Of a DNA stretch of 64,000 nt, positions 1 through 9,907 are shown one piece after another. Each line of letters opens with the position of its first letter. The stretch's first letter is position 1. The DNA lies in sequence record KJ019103.1. One strand, 5' to 3'. The notes beneath the pieces were generated by a model. That model made no database searches and was not told the origin of the DNA. It saw nothing but the letters and a program-made list of their open reading frames with translations. The position numbers and the translations under genes are program-made.

Positions 1-927
1 ATGAGCTTCGCAAACCTAAAGAAACAGTCCTCCCTTGGTTCTCTCACTGAGAAACTTGTGAAGGAAGTCGAGAAGATGAATAATACACAGTCCGGTGGTG
101 AAGACGACCGTTACTGGAAACTTACATGTGACAAGTCACAGAACGGATATGCAGTTATCCGTTTCCTCCCTGCACCAGACAGTGAGGATATGCCTTTCGT
201 GAAACTATACTCCCACGCCTTCCAATCAAAGGGTGGTTGGTTTATCGAAAACAGTCTAACTACACTCAATCAGAAAGATCCTGTATCTGAGTATAACTCT
301 GAACTCTGGAACAACGGAACTGAAGCAGGTAAAGAACAGGCACGTAAACAGAAGCGTAAGCTCACCTATATCGCTAACATCTACGTAGTAAAGGATCCAG
401 CTAACCCTGAGAACGAAGGTGGAGTATTCCTCTACAAGTTCGGTAAGAAGATCTTTGACAAACTCATGAGTGCCATGCAACCTGAGTTTGAAGATGAAGA
501 TGCCATCAACCCCTTTGATTTCTGGGAAGGTGCAAACTTCAACCTCAAGGCTAAGAGCGTTGCAGGTTATCGTAACTACGACTCCTCTGGATTCGGTAAG
601 GTTACTTCCCTCAACGATGATGATGAGGTTCTAGAAGGTGTCTGGAAGAAAGAATACTCTCTTGCTGAACTCGTAGCCCCTGATCAGTTCAAGGACTATG
701 AGACACTCAAGAAGCGTATGAATCAAGTTCTAGGACTTGGTGGCACTTCACGTCCAGCACCACAAGAAGACACTGAAGACGATAACATTGAGTCTCAGTT
801 GCGTTCTTCACGTCCTACCTTCGCTAAGGAAGAAAGCTCATACTCTGAACCTGAGCTACCTTCTATGAGTTCTAGTGATGAAGATCAATCTGCTCTCGAT
901 TATTTTCAATCTTTAGCCTCTGACTGA
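1..927 (+). CDS. gp32: ssDNA-binding protein gp32
   Basis: T4 gp32-like core (GYAVIRFLPAP, KLYSHAFQ..GGWFIENSLTTL, NPFDFWEGANF) with acidic C-terminal tail. Confidence 0.95.
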   Translation: MSFANLKKQSSLGSLTEKLVKEVEKMNNTQSGGEDDRYWKLTCDKSQNGYAVIRFLPAPDSEDMPFVKLYSHAFQSKGGWFIENSLTTLNQKDPVSEYNSELWNNGTEAGKEQARKQKRKLTYIANIYVVKDPANPENEGGVFLYKFGKKIFDKLMSAMQPEFEDEDAINPFDFWEGANFNLKAKSVAGYRNYDSSGFGKVTSLNDDDEVLEGVWKKEYSLAELVAPDQFKDYETLKKRMNQVLGLGGTSRPAPQEDTEDDNIESQLRSSRPTFAKEESSYSEPELPSMSSSDEDQSALDYFQSLASD

Positions 928-935
928 TAAGTTTC

Positions 936-960
936 GGGATCCTACGGGATCCCTTTTTTT
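936..960 (+). terminator. intrinsic terminator after gp32
   Basis: GGGATCC-TACG-GGATCCC stem with UACG tetraloop, then T7. Confidence 0.9.
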
Positions 961-974
961 ATACAAATAAGATA

Positions 975-1175
975 ATGAAACTTACAAGAGGAACAAAGGT
1001 TATTGGTTGTCTAATGATTGCAGCTCTCTTCTATACGATGGGACTTAATCAACATAAATCAAACATCATCAGGTCTACAATTATTGATAAGTGTGCGGAT
1101 AAAACACCTAGAAGATATACCAGCTGCGCAGCTAATGTAATACAAAATATAAACAGCTGGACGAACAACAATTAA
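975..1175 (+). CDS. small hypothetical protein with N-terminal hydrophobic segment
   Basis: 66 aa ORF between terminator and petE. Confidence 0.6.
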   Translation: MKLTRGTKVIGCLMIAALFYTMGLNQHKSNIIRSTIIDKCADKTPRRYTSCAANVIQNINSWTNNN

Positions 1176-1187
1176 CGGAGAAACATT

Positions 1188-1511
1188 ATGAAAATCGTAT
1201 TAGCTATTGTAGCTGCCTTCTTTCTTGCACTTCCTGCTTATGCTGCTGATGTTCAAATGGGTTTCAACGGAAACCTGGTATTTGAACCTAATGAACTCAC
1301 AATCTCCGCAGGAGATACAGTCCACTTTCTGAACGATATGCTTCCTCCACATAATATTATTGTGGAGGCTAGACCTGACCTTTCACGAGAGTCGCTTATG
1401 TTTAACCCCGGTGAGTCACAAGATATTGTGTTCGCTGACGCAGGTGACTACGAGTTCTTCTGTGGTCCTCATCAGGGAGCCGGAATGACCGGAGTGATTC
1501 ACGTTGAGTGA
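1188..1511 (+). CDS. petE: plastocyanin (auxiliary metabolic gene)
   Basis: signal peptide ending AYA; copper ligands PHN and CGPHQGAGM; GGAG RBS. Confidence 0.95.
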   Translation: MKIVLAIVAAFFLALPAYAADVQMGFNGNLVFEPNELTISAGDTVHFLNDMLPPHNIIVEARPDLSRESLMFNPGESQDIVFADAGDYEFFCGPHQGAGMTGVIHVE

Positions 1512-1892
1512 TTAGTTCTGAACAAGATACTTTAGAGGTAGAGTCAATGCTGTCTTTACCTCTATAGTTTTTAACTCATAATACGAAGTTGCACTCTGGT
1601 TCCAGTCATACTGACGAACCTTATTTAAGTGCATATTATATCCAACAAACCCCCAGTTATACACTGCGTTCACCGATGTAATCGGATACTGATCGTAGAG
1701 TAGATTGGGGGTTTTTGCGTAGTAATTGTAAATATATACCTTTCCTGGTAGGGGTGCATTGACTTCAGTATCCTTGAGTCTAGCCATCACCAAGTCCATA
1801 ATATCATCAGACTTTTCTGTTCCAATTAGATTATCTAGAATAGGTTTCAGCCTATTAGAACTCTTCTGTTGGGATACCTTCTTTCTAGCCAT
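1512..1892 (-). CDS. gp2-like DNA end protector
   Basis: motif YIYNYYAKTPNLLYDQYPI...GFVGYNMH resembles the gp2 family; lies next to gp4. Confidence 0.55.
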   Translation of the reverse strand: MARKKVSQQKSSNRLKPILDNLIGTEKSDDIMDLVMARLKDTEVNAPLPGKVYIYNYYAKTPNLLYDQYPITSVNAVYNWGFVGYNMHLNKVRQYDWNQSATSYYELKTIEVKTALTLPLKYLVQN

Positions 1893-2316
1893 TCTTAAAT
1901 AGATCCTTTTCTGTTAGTATTCTGAACTCAAGTCCATTATCTTCGCAGAACTCCTCTGCCGCCCTCCACTTAGCAGTGTTTTGTGCGTAGAGTGACTCAG
2001 CAATCATCACATTCTTAGTCCGCTTGGTGTATTTGGGTGGACTACACTCACGGTGGGGTTTGATTTCAATGAGACACTTCTTAATTCCACCACCCTTCTT
2101 CACATACTCCACATAGAAATCTGGGAAATACCTGGCTACTTTTTTCTTCATGGGGTTCCAATACTTGATGGCGATTTCTTCAGAGCCCCAACGTTGGACA
2201 GTTTCTCTACTATCCAAATAGATCATGAAACGGCGTTCCCATCCTGATCTGTAGACAATTTGGTTGGAGTTTCCGATATACTTTTTAGGGTTACTGGGTT
2301 TATACACCCCCTTCAT
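1885..2316 (-). CDS. gp4: head completion protein gp4 (TnsA-like nuclease fold)
   Basis: YKPSNPKKY, YRSGWERRFM, YFPDF, EIKP; start moved to 2316 because this ATG overlaps the upstream stop (ATGA). Confidence 0.9.
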   Translation of the reverse strand: MKGVYKPSNPKKYIGNSNQIVYRSGWERRFMIYLDSRETVQRWGSEEIAIKYWNPMKKKVARYFPDFYVEYVKKGGGIKKCLIEIKPHRECSPPKYTKRTKNVMIAESLYAQNTAKWRAAEEFCEDNGLEFRILTEKDLFKNG

Positions 2317-2645
2317 AGGTTTTCCCATAGTCTCCATCCCTTTACTGACTTTCTTTTTCCTTGTAGTAACTCACATACATGTCCCGTGGAGAGTGTATGT
2401 TTCTTACAGAAGTGTGCTAAACAAGTAAATTCCTCTACTATACCATCCTTTATTAGTTTCCCACCTTTATGTAAGTATGGTCTCTTTATACCAGCGAGAG
2501 CTTCTGATATAGCCTTTCTTGTGGCTGGGTGATGGGGGTTTGGTATTCTAGTAGGTGTGAAAATATCTACATAATCTGTGCCTTCTGGTTCTACCCCCAA
2601 AAACTCATCAATACCGTCAAAATTGTAGGTTCTTGTAACCAACAT
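2313..2645 (-). CDS. NUMOD-type DNA-binding protein, homing-endonuclease-related, no nuclease domain seen
   Basis: HPATRKAISEALAG (NUMOD3-like) and C-terminal HTH-like FCKKHTLSTGHVCELLQGKRKSVKGW. Confidence 0.55.
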   Translation of the reverse strand: MLVTRTYNFDGIDEFLGVEPEGTDYVDIFTPTRIPNPHHPATRKAISEALAGIKRPYLHKGGKLIKDGIVEEFTCLAHFCKKHTLSTGHVCELLQGKRKSVKGWRLWENL

Positions 2646-2673
2646 AAATAATAATAGTCCCTAGTAGTATTTA
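2644..2673. promoter_or_regulatory. divergent T4-type late promoters
   Basis: ATAAATA at 2644-2650 on + and TAAATA on - (TATTTA at 2668-2673) between divergent gene clusters. Confidence 0.65.
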
Positions 2674-2678
2674 GTAGA

Positions 2679-3425
2679 GTGAGAAGAGATCTAACCCTAC
2701 AGGATGTTCGTCCTCTAATAGGGAACTTATCACGGACAAATATCTACCAAGTGCAATTTGGTGGATTGAGTCCTGGTCTTATTGGATATCTAGCTTCTAG
2801 GAGTGTTGGTTCCCAGTTTATCGCAGATGGTGCTGGTTTGATGTGCTATGAAGCTTCCCTACCAGGATCATCACTATCACAAGTTCAGAGTTCTAACTTC
2901 CACGGAGTGGTAGAGAACTTCGCACACACAAGAGTATTCACACCCATTACCTTATCATTCTATTGTGACAGTGGTTATCAAACACTGAGAATGTTGGAAC
3001 ACTGGATGGAGTATGTTGTCAGTGGAAATGGAACATCAGGAATGGCATATGGTGGAAATAACTATAACTATCGTCTAAAGTATCCCAATGACCCATCAGA
3101 TGGGTATAAGTGTGACTCTACTAGTGTATATAAGTTTGAAGGTGATAAGGAAAATGGAAGTGTGATGGAGTATTCCTTCATTGGACTATATCCTTCCAAC
3201 CTATCCTCAGTCCCTGTTAGATACGGACCCAATAATGAGATTACTAGAGTAACTTGTAGTTTCTCCTATGATAGGTATGTTGCTGGATCTAAAAGAAGTT
3301 TTGATTGGGTTCTTGGTAACTCTAACAATAGAGATCAATCTAACGGTAACTTTATTAATCAAACAGTTAGGGATCTTTTGGATGTTGGTGTTGACTTTGT
3401 TGGTAACATCCTAAACAGGAGATAA
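2679..3425 (+). CDS. gp54: baseplate tail-tube initiator (gp54/gp19-like)
   Basis: tube-family features (SRTNIYQVQF, LMCYEASLPG, VTCSFSYD); lies before gp48; GTG start. Confidence 0.65.
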   Translation: MRRDLTLQDVRPLIGNLSRTNIYQVQFGGLSPGLIGYLASRSVGSQFIADGAGLMCYEASLPGSSLSQVQSSNFHGVVENFAHTRVFTPITLSFYCDSGYQTLRMLEHWMEYVVSGNGTSGMAYGGNNYNYRLKYPNDPSDGYKCDSTSVYKFEGDKENGSVMEYSFIGLYPSNLSSVPVRYGPNNEITRVTCSFSYDRYVAGSKRSFDWVLGNSNNRDQSNGNFINQTVRDLLDVGVDFVGNILNRR

Positions 3426-3428
3426 ATA
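3422..3428 (+). promoter_or_regulatory. late promoter
   Basis: ATAAATA just upstream of gp48. Confidence 0.7.
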
Positions 3429-3433
3429 GTAAT

Positions 3434-4393
3434 ATGGCAAAATCTAAGAAACAACTAAGATACCCACTTACTAGGATTGAGTCCAACTCCGACTATCTAT
3501 CTATTAATGTGTGTAAATATAATCCACCAGGTTTTACTGGGGGTAACACTGCTGATACTATGTTCGATATCCCATCCAGCACTAGCATAGGTGGTGGTGG
3601 TAACTGCTCAAAGAAATCTATTGAGGGTAATATTTTATTGCCCATGCCTGATTCAATCGTAGACTCAAATATAACTAACTGGGAGAGTAATGAGATTAAT
3701 AGTGTAGCTGCTTCTGCTATTGGCAGTATCAAACAGGGATTGGAGGAATTTACACTAGATAGTATGATAAACAGCCCAGGCAAAAAACTCACAGATGGGT
3801 TAGCGCGTGCACAAACTACAGCAAGTAACGCTTTAGACGCCGCAAAGGATCCAGCTGTTTCTGCTGCTTTGGAAAACTACTTTATTGGTAATGCTGTTAA
3901 TCTATTTGGTGCAAACGTAGACGCAACATCACTCCTATCCAGAGAAAAGGGTTTAGTTCTTAACCCAAACATGGAGTTTCTATTCAAAGGTGTTCAACTT
4001 CGATCTTTCGACTTCACCTTTGTCATGAACCCCAGAAGTAGACAGGAGTCTATCGAGGTTAAATCTATCATCAATACTTTCAAGAAGAGAATGGCAGCTA
4101 AGAGTAGTGCTGAGGGATCAGGACCTAGGGGGTTATTTGTCAAAGCGCCTGATGTATTTGAACTCCAATTTAAGAGGGGTTCTTCCAAACATCCTTTCTT
4201 ATATACTATGAAGACTTGCGCACTCACAAAGATGACTGTAGATTATATGAGAACTGGTAACTATATCACATATGAGGATAGTACTCCAGTTCAATTAGCA
4301 ATGGCTTTGAGTTTCACTGAACTCAACCCAATATACGCAGAGGATTATGATATGAATAACCTACCTGGTGCAGATGAAGGAGTTGGATTCTAA
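3434..4393 (+). CDS. gp48: baseplate tail tube cap gp48
   Basis: NPNMEFLFKGVQLRSFDFTF, APDVFEL, CALTKMTVDY, LSFTELNPIY. Confidence 0.9.
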   Translation: MAKSKKQLRYPLTRIESNSDYLSINVCKYNPPGFTGGNTADTMFDIPSSTSIGGGGNCSKKSIEGNILLPMPDSIVDSNITNWESNEINSVAASAIGSIKQGLEEFTLDSMINSPGKKLTDGLARAQTTASNALDAAKDPAVSAALENYFIGNAVNLFGANVDATSLLSREKGLVLNPNMEFLFKGVQLRSFDFTFVMNPRSRQESIEVKSIINTFKKRMAAKSSAEGSGPRGLFVKAPDVFELQFKRGSSKHPFLYTMKTCALTKMTVDYMRTGNYITYEDSTPVQLAMALSFTELNPIYAEDYDMNNLPGADEGVGF

Positions 4394-5052
4394 TGACTTA
4401 TTTTAGAGAGCTACCAAACTTAGAGTACGAAAACTTTCTATCAGATTCTACTGGATCTGGTGATTATATCCTAATGAAGAATATCTTCGTTAGGGGGAAG
4501 CTTCGTGATGACTTACAAAATGTATTAACTCTATTCAATAAGTATATTATTGAAGAGGATGAGAGGCCAGATCAGATTGCTCTGAAACTATATGGTGATC
4601 CAGGTTTAGATTGGGTTATTCGTATGGTGGGTGAAATTACTAACATGCCCAACGATTGGCCAATATCTTCACAACAACTCTATGAGTTCTGTGTGGAAAA
4701 GTATGATGGTGAGAAGGGTATGAATGGTGTTAAGTATTATCAAACTACTGAAGTTAAAGACTCACAGGGTAGAATATTACTAGCAGCTGGTCTCACAGTT
4801 GATAAGAACTTCACAATCCCTGATCCCGATCCAGATCACCAGGGTAATATTATTAATCCAACTGAACCAGTTACTAACTACGCATACGAAACCAATCTTA
4901 ACGATAGTAAGAGGGAACTATATGTATTGAAGAAGTCGTTCATTGGTCAGTTTGTGAGTGATATGAGAGATATTAATACATATGGATTCAACTCTGAGTT
5001 TGTGAATTCTAAAACTCTTCGTGTGGCAAACACTAGGGTAACCAATCCCTGA
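4393..5052 (+). CDS. gp53: baseplate wedge subunit gp53
   Basis: YFRELPNLEY, ERPDQIALKLYGD..LDW, WPIS. Confidence 0.9.
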   Translation: MTYFRELPNLEYENFLSDSTGSGDYILMKNIFVRGKLRDDLQNVLTLFNKYIIEEDERPDQIALKLYGDPGLDWVIRMVGEITNMPNDWPISSQQLYEFCVEKYDGEKGMNGVKYYQTTEVKDSQGRILLAAGLTVDKNFTIPDPDPDHQGNIINPTEPVTNYAYETNLNDSKRELYVLKKSFIGQFVSDMRDINTYGFNSEFVNSKTLRVANTRVTNP

Positions 5053-5058
5053 TAAATA
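5052..5058 (+). promoter_or_regulatory. late promoter
   Basis: ATAAATA upstream of gp26. Confidence 0.7.
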
Positions 5059-5088
5059 CAGCATACCTTTCTATATTATTCTTACATC

Positions 5089-5799
5089 ATGGCGTTACCT
5101 AAGATTGCCAAGATAACCTATGAATTGGTTATTCCTTCCACTGGCAAAAAGATTAAGTATAGACCTTTTCTAGTTAAAGAAGAGAAAGTTCTTATTCTTG
5201 CACAAGAATCTGGTTCCCAAACGGAAATGACCAGAGCTATTAAAGATGTTATCTCTGCTTGTGTTCAAACTCGTGGATTTAAGGTCGATCAGATGGCAAC
5301 CTTTGATATTGAGTATGTCTTCTTAAACATTAGGGGGAGATCTGTCGGTGAATCTGTGGATGTTATCGTCACCTGTCCAGATGACGAAAAGACTACAGTT
5401 CCCGTTACTATTTATCTAGATGAAATTGAGGTTATCTTTGATGAAAACCACGAGGCAAACATCAAGTTAGATGATACTTACTCTGTACAGATGAAGTATC
5501 CCACTATGGAACAGGTCATGGAAGCAGATGCTGACAACATCTCCATCCAAGAAAGTCTAGAACTGATTGCCAAGTGTATTGATCAGATTTATAGTGAAGA
5601 GGAATCTTTCGCCGCTTCTGATTCTTCACTGAAGGAACTTGTATCATGGGTAGAGGATCTGGAACCTAAACAGTTTACTAAACTAGAGAACTTCTTCACC
5701 ACCATGCCTAAGTTATCACATACTATTAATGTGATGAACCCAGAAACAGATGTTGAGAGTTCTGTCGTATTGGAGGGACTGGGTAGTTTTTTCGCGTAA
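5089..5799 (+). CDS. gp26: baseplate hub subunit gp26
   Basis: MALPKI..YELVIPSTGKKIKYRPFLVKEEK, FDIEYVFLNIRGRSVGE, LEGLGSFF. Confidence 0.92.
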   Translation: MALPKIAKITYELVIPSTGKKIKYRPFLVKEEKVLILAQESGSQTEMTRAIKDVISACVQTRGFKVDQMATFDIEYVFLNIRGRSVGESVDVIVTCPDDEKTTVPVTIYLDEIEVIFDENHEANIKLDDTYSVQMKYPTMEQVMEADADNISIQESLELIAKCIDQIYSEEESFAASDSSLKELVSWVEDLEPKQFTKLENFFTTMPKLSHTINVMNPETDVESSVVLEGLGSFFA

Positions 5800-5801
5800 G
5801 T

Positions 5802-5981
5802 ATGGCTCACATGGATCTAGAGTCATACTATAAGACCAACTTTGCACTGATGCAACACCACAAGTACAACCTCTCCGATATTGAAGATATGATCCCATGG
5901 GAGAGGGACATCTATGTTACTCTACTCAAGAACTGGATTGAGGAAGAGGAACAACGAATCGCACAACAGCAGAAAGGATGA
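5802..5981 (+). CDS. gp51: baseplate hub assembly catalyst gp51 (missing from ORF track)
   Basis: own translation MAHMDLESYYKTNFALMQHHKYNLSDIEDMIPWERDIYVTLL...; ATGA overlap with next gene. Confidence 0.9.
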   Translation: MAHMDLESYYKTNFALMQHHKYNLSDIEDMIPWERDIYVTLLKNWIEEEEQRIAQQQKG

Positions 5982-7912
5982 GTTTATTCACCTCCGCTAC
6001 TTCAGGTGTAGATCCCCAAACAGGATCTTACCTCTCTAAGGAACAAAGAGTTGCGATGTTCCAATCCTCCCGTGGTCGTGGAGGTGGTGGAAGCGCTACG
6101 CCTGAAGGTAAAAGAGGTAAAGTTGCACCACAGAATGCCATTGTTGTAGCAAACAAGATGGCACAGGTGGTTCAGACACTCCAGACAAATACACAGGAGA
6201 CTGTTCAAGCTGTTAATGTAAAGGTTCAAGAGAACGCACAAAATATTGAAAACCTCTACAAATCTGTTCAGAATAACAGATCAGCAGAGGCTAAGGAAGA
6301 AAAAGCAGAGACAAAAGATTTAAGAGCAGACAGAGAGAATGCACTAAGGGCAGGTAAAGAGAAACTTATTGAGGGCATGTCATCAGCTGTTGCTGGTCTT
6401 GTCGGTGTAGGTAAGAGGGCAGCTGATGCTGCACTTAAACCCGTTATGGGTTTCTGGGAAAAGATTAAAGGATTCTTGCTTAATATAGCAGCAGCTTGGG
6501 CTATTAAGAATCTCCCAGTTATTATGGGTTATGTTGAAGATTTTGTTAGTTGGTTAGGTGACTTTAAGAGTTGGTTGCCTAAGTCTCTTACGGGTCTTCG
6601 TGGTGTATGGTCTATTGCGGATAATATTATCCGAGCAATGTGGCGCGGTTTCAGTCGTATTGGTGGCACAATATTCCGTATAGCTACATGGTTAACTAGA
6701 AAGCTATTTTCACTACTCAAGAGAATATTTGCACCTATTGGTAGATTTATTTCAAGAATAGTAGGTGGTATTGTTGACTTCCTGAGACCAATAGTATCTA
6801 GAGCACTGAGAGGTTTGGGTGATGCACTTGGTGGAATGGGGAACTCCATCAATCGAGCTTTTGGTGGTGGTGGTAGTTCCAGTAGTCTAGGTGGAGTTAA
6901 AGGTGGCGCTGGTGTTGATCCTGGTCAGAAGGCAATAGCTGGAGCTGCCGAAGAAGGTGGCGGTCTTTTTGCAAGGTTCAACAGATTCCTCAAAGGGCTG
7001 ACGCAGAAAGGCAAGGCTGCTTTTTCTAAAGGTCAAGAGTTATTTGCGAGTGGTGGTAAAAAGATTCAGCAGGGTATAGGTGCAATACAGGAAACCACCA
7101 CTGGAGTTAAACCGCAACCCGAAAAACATGCGGGATGGCTTAAAAAAGCACTAACTCCTATTGGTGACCTTCTTCCCGGTATGAAGGGAGCACTTAGTGG
7201 TATAGGTAAACTAGTCAATGGTGTTCTTAAAGTTGTTCCTGGTATTGGTTTTGCTATTGATTTGGCTCTAAACAAGGGAATCAATGGTGATGACTGGACT
7301 ACTGCTATTGTAGCCGCTCTTGGTTCCTCTGTCGCTGGTGGTATTGGTATTGCTGGTGGTGCTAAGATTGGTGGTGGAGTTGGTTTTGCTCTTGGTACTG
7401 CTATTCCTGGTATAGGTAACATTGTTGGTGCCGCTATTGGTGCCGGTCTTGGTGGTATTATCGGTGGTATTGCTGGCGGTGCTCTTGGTGATACTGCAGC
7501 CAGAATGGGTCTGGATGCATTAAATATAGGAGAAAGTGCTCAGTCGGAAAACAAACCAGCTGATGTGAGTTCTCCTGGAGGTGCGATGGATCTTGAGGGT
7601 GGTGCTCACGAAACAGTACCTGCTAGTTCTGTGGGAGCTACAACTAACAATAACTCAACATCAGGTATGGTTAGTAGTGCAACCAGTGGTAGTAGCACAC
7701 CAGAAGGTATGTCAGAACCAAACGGTGGTAATACTACTTCTGTTGAAACCATTAATCTAGCTCCTAATGTTGTAGATAGTGGTAAGGAGGATAGTTCTGG
7801 AAAACTTGAAGTGCCGTCTATGATTGATGATAACCCCTTCTGGCAGACAGCAGATCCAGCTTCTGATATGTACAGGAGTTTCGCTTCAACTGAATATGAG
7901 TTGGTACACTAA
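5978..7912 (+). CDS. tape-measure-like / hub-associated protein
   Basis: long helical N-terminus, Gly/Ala-rich hydrophobic repeats, position after gp51. Confidence 0.5.
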   Translation: MSLFTSATSGVDPQTGSYLSKEQRVAMFQSSRGRGGGGSATPEGKRGKVAPQNAIVVANKMAQVVQTLQTNTQETVQAVNVKVQENAQNIENLYKSVQNNRSAEAKEEKAETKDLRADRENALRAGKEKLIEGMSSAVAGLVGVGKRAADAALKPVMGFWEKIKGFLLNIAAAWAIKNLPVIMGYVEDFVSWLGDFKSWLPKSLTGLRGVWSIADNIIRAMWRGFSRIGGTIFRIATWLTRKLFSLLKRIFAPIGRFISRIVGGIVDFLRPIVSRALRGLGDALGGMGNSINRAFGGGGSSSSLGGVKGGAGVDPGQKAIAGAAEEGGGLFARFNRFLKGLTQKGKAAFSKGQELFASGGKKIQQGIGAIQETTTGVKPQPEKHAGWLKKALTPIGDLLPGMKGALSGIGKLVNGVLKVVPGIGFAIDLALNKGINGDDWTTAIVAALGSSVAGGIGIAGGAKIGGGVGFALGTAIPGIGNIVGAAIGAGLGGIIGGIAGGALGDTAARMGLDALNIGESAQSENKPADVSSPGGAMDLEGGAHETVPASSVGATTNNNSTSGMVSSATSGSSTPEGMSEPNGGNTTSVETINLAPNVVDSGKEDSSGKLEVPSMIDDNPFWQTADPASDMYRSFASTEYELVH

Positions 7913-9873
7913 TGGCACAACCACAAATTGCTGCAAACAAAACTAAAGCTCTGAGAATTGGTCAGAGGTTGATGGTTGGTGCCAAGAGTTTTGGTAAAGG
8001 TGTCAGGAATAGTGTTGATACTTCACAACAGGTTATCACTCAGAGTGCTCGTAAGATCAAATCAGATCAGAAAAGAATCAACACAGAGAATAGGAAGCAG
8101 CAAAGGTTTGAGGAAGCAGTACGGGAAGAAACAGAGAGAAGACAGAAATCCCTAACAAAGGGTGCATATGGTGTTGGTAGTGCTGCCAAGAAGCTAACCG
8201 AGAAGGTTGTGGTGGATCCAATGAAAGCTATTTGGAACATTATTGCTGCTTGGGCTATTAAGAATCTCCCAACTATTGTTGATGAAGTTAGAAAATTTGT
8301 AAAGAAAGTGAGGATTGTAATAGCTGCTATTAATAACGCGTTTAGAGCAACTGGTAACCTATTTAAGGGGTGGTTATCATATGGACAGGCTTGGCTGACA
8401 AATATGGTTACCTTTGACTGGGGTGACTCCACAGGTAGGTTGGAAGACGCACAGGCTGAAATAGATAATAGTTATGATGAATTAGATGCAAGTTGGAATA
8501 CTATCTACAATGTATGGGGTAAGGAGGAAGAAGAGTTAGACAAAATGCTAACTTGGTTGGATAGTGGTAAGACTGTTAAACAGGCTACTGATGCTATTAC
8601 ACAAGGTATTCCATTGCCACAGACACCTGCTTTTGGTGATGGTAGTAGGGAAGGTGGCGGAGGTTATGGTGGATCAGGCATCCAAATGAGTGCTGATGAG
8701 CAACAACTTACAGAGTCATTGATTGCCGGTGAGGAGGGGGTAAGAACCAAAGCATATCAGGATAGTGAAGGTATTTGGACAATTGGTTATGGTCAGACTA
8801 GAATTAATGGTCGTGCAGTAAGACCAGGTGATACAATAACAAAAGCACAAGCATTGAGTGGTTTTAGAGGTGCTCTTGCAGAACACCAACAAAGGGCAAT
8901 CAATCAACTTGGTGAGGAGAGATGGTCACAACTGGACGCAAGATCTAGAGCAGTTCTCACCTCTATAACATACAACTATGGTAGTATTCCTGGTAGAGTT
9001 CTACCTGCTGCTAAAACTGGTAATGCTGAAGACATTGCTGTAGCGATGAATAGTTTGTATGGAGATAATAGAGGAGTTCTAAAAGGTAGAAGACAGAGAG
9101 AGCAATCTATTCTTAGGGGCGGTACTTCTTCCTACTTAGATAAAGACTTTATGGCTGGTGGTCAATTTGCAGGCTCTGGTACTGGTCCTCTAGTCATGGG
9201 TGGTGGAAATGAATCTAGTTCAGGTTCAATATCTTCATCTGGAGGCACAACCAACACGACTGCAATGAAGAAAGGTGATATGGTTGGTGGTTTTAGTGTT
9301 AGTTCTGCATTTGGACGTAGAGCTGCACCTACTGCTGGTGCTAGTTCTAATCATGGGGGTCTTGATATTGCTACTCCACAAGGAACATACTTAGCTTTTG
9401 ATGTTGATGTTGAGATTATGTTCGCTGGTTCAGCTGGTGGATATGGATATGTCATTGATGCTTGGTCGGCATCATTAGGAATTCAGTTCCGTTGTGCTCA
9501 CATGTCAGTATTAATGTGTAACCCAGGACAGAAAGTTCGTGCTGGAACTGCTGTTGGTAGAACTGGTGGTGCAGTGGGAAGTCGTGGAGCTGGTACATCC
9601 ACTGGACCTCATCTTCACTTTGAAGTGAGTAATCAGAAGGGTTCTGCTAACTATGGTGGTTCAAATAGTGCTAGTATGTTAGCCAGATACGCAAAACACT
9701 TAATCCTTAGCTCATCTAAACCACAACCACAGTCACTCAGACCAGCTACAGTGAGTTCTTCCTCACAGCAAACCGCTAATCAACTTAACTCTTCTGCTTC
9801 CTCCAGAAGAACTAATGGTAGGAGAACTGATCAAAAAATAATACTAATCAAGGAAAATACTATTATTAAATAA
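7912..9873 (+). CDS. tail-associated peptidoglycan hydrolase: GH24 lysozyme plus M23 peptidase
   Basis: E-x8-D-x5-T triad (EGVRTKAYQDSEGIWT); M23 zinc motifs HGGLD and PHLHFEV. Confidence 0.85.
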   Translation: MAQPQIAANKTKALRIGQRLMVGAKSFGKGVRNSVDTSQQVITQSARKIKSDQKRINTENRKQQRFEEAVREETERRQKSLTKGAYGVGSAAKKLTEKVVVDPMKAIWNIIAAWAIKNLPTIVDEVRKFVKKVRIVIAAINNAFRATGNLFKGWLSYGQAWLTNMVTFDWGDSTGRLEDAQAEIDNSYDELDASWNTIYNVWGKEEEELDKMLTWLDSGKTVKQATDAITQGIPLPQTPAFGDGSREGGGGYGGSGIQMSADEQQLTESLIAGEEGVRTKAYQDSEGIWTIGYGQTRINGRAVRPGDTITKAQALSGFRGALAEHQQRAINQLGEERWSQLDARSRAVLTSITYNYGSIPGRVLPAAKTGNAEDIAVAMNSLYGDNRGVLKGRRQREQSILRGGTSSYLDKDFMAGGQFAGSGTGPLVMGGGNESSSGSISSSGGTTNTTAMKKGDMVGGFSVSSAFGRRAAPTAGASSNHGGLDIATPQGTYLAFDVDVEIMFAGSAGGYGYVIDAWSASLGIQFRCAHMSVLMCNPGQKVRAGTAVGRTGGAVGSRGAGTSTGPHLHFEVSNQKGSANYGGSNSASMLARYAKHLILSSSKPQPQSLRPATVSSSSQQTANQLNSSASSRRTNGRRTDQKIILIKENTIIK

Positions 9874-9883
9874 CCTATAAATA
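9867..9883 (+). promoter_or_regulatory. tandem late promoters
   Basis: TAAATA at 9867 and ATAAATA at 9877. Confidence 0.65.
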
Positions 9884-9907
9884 CCTAATATAGGTGTGTA
9901 AGGTGTA

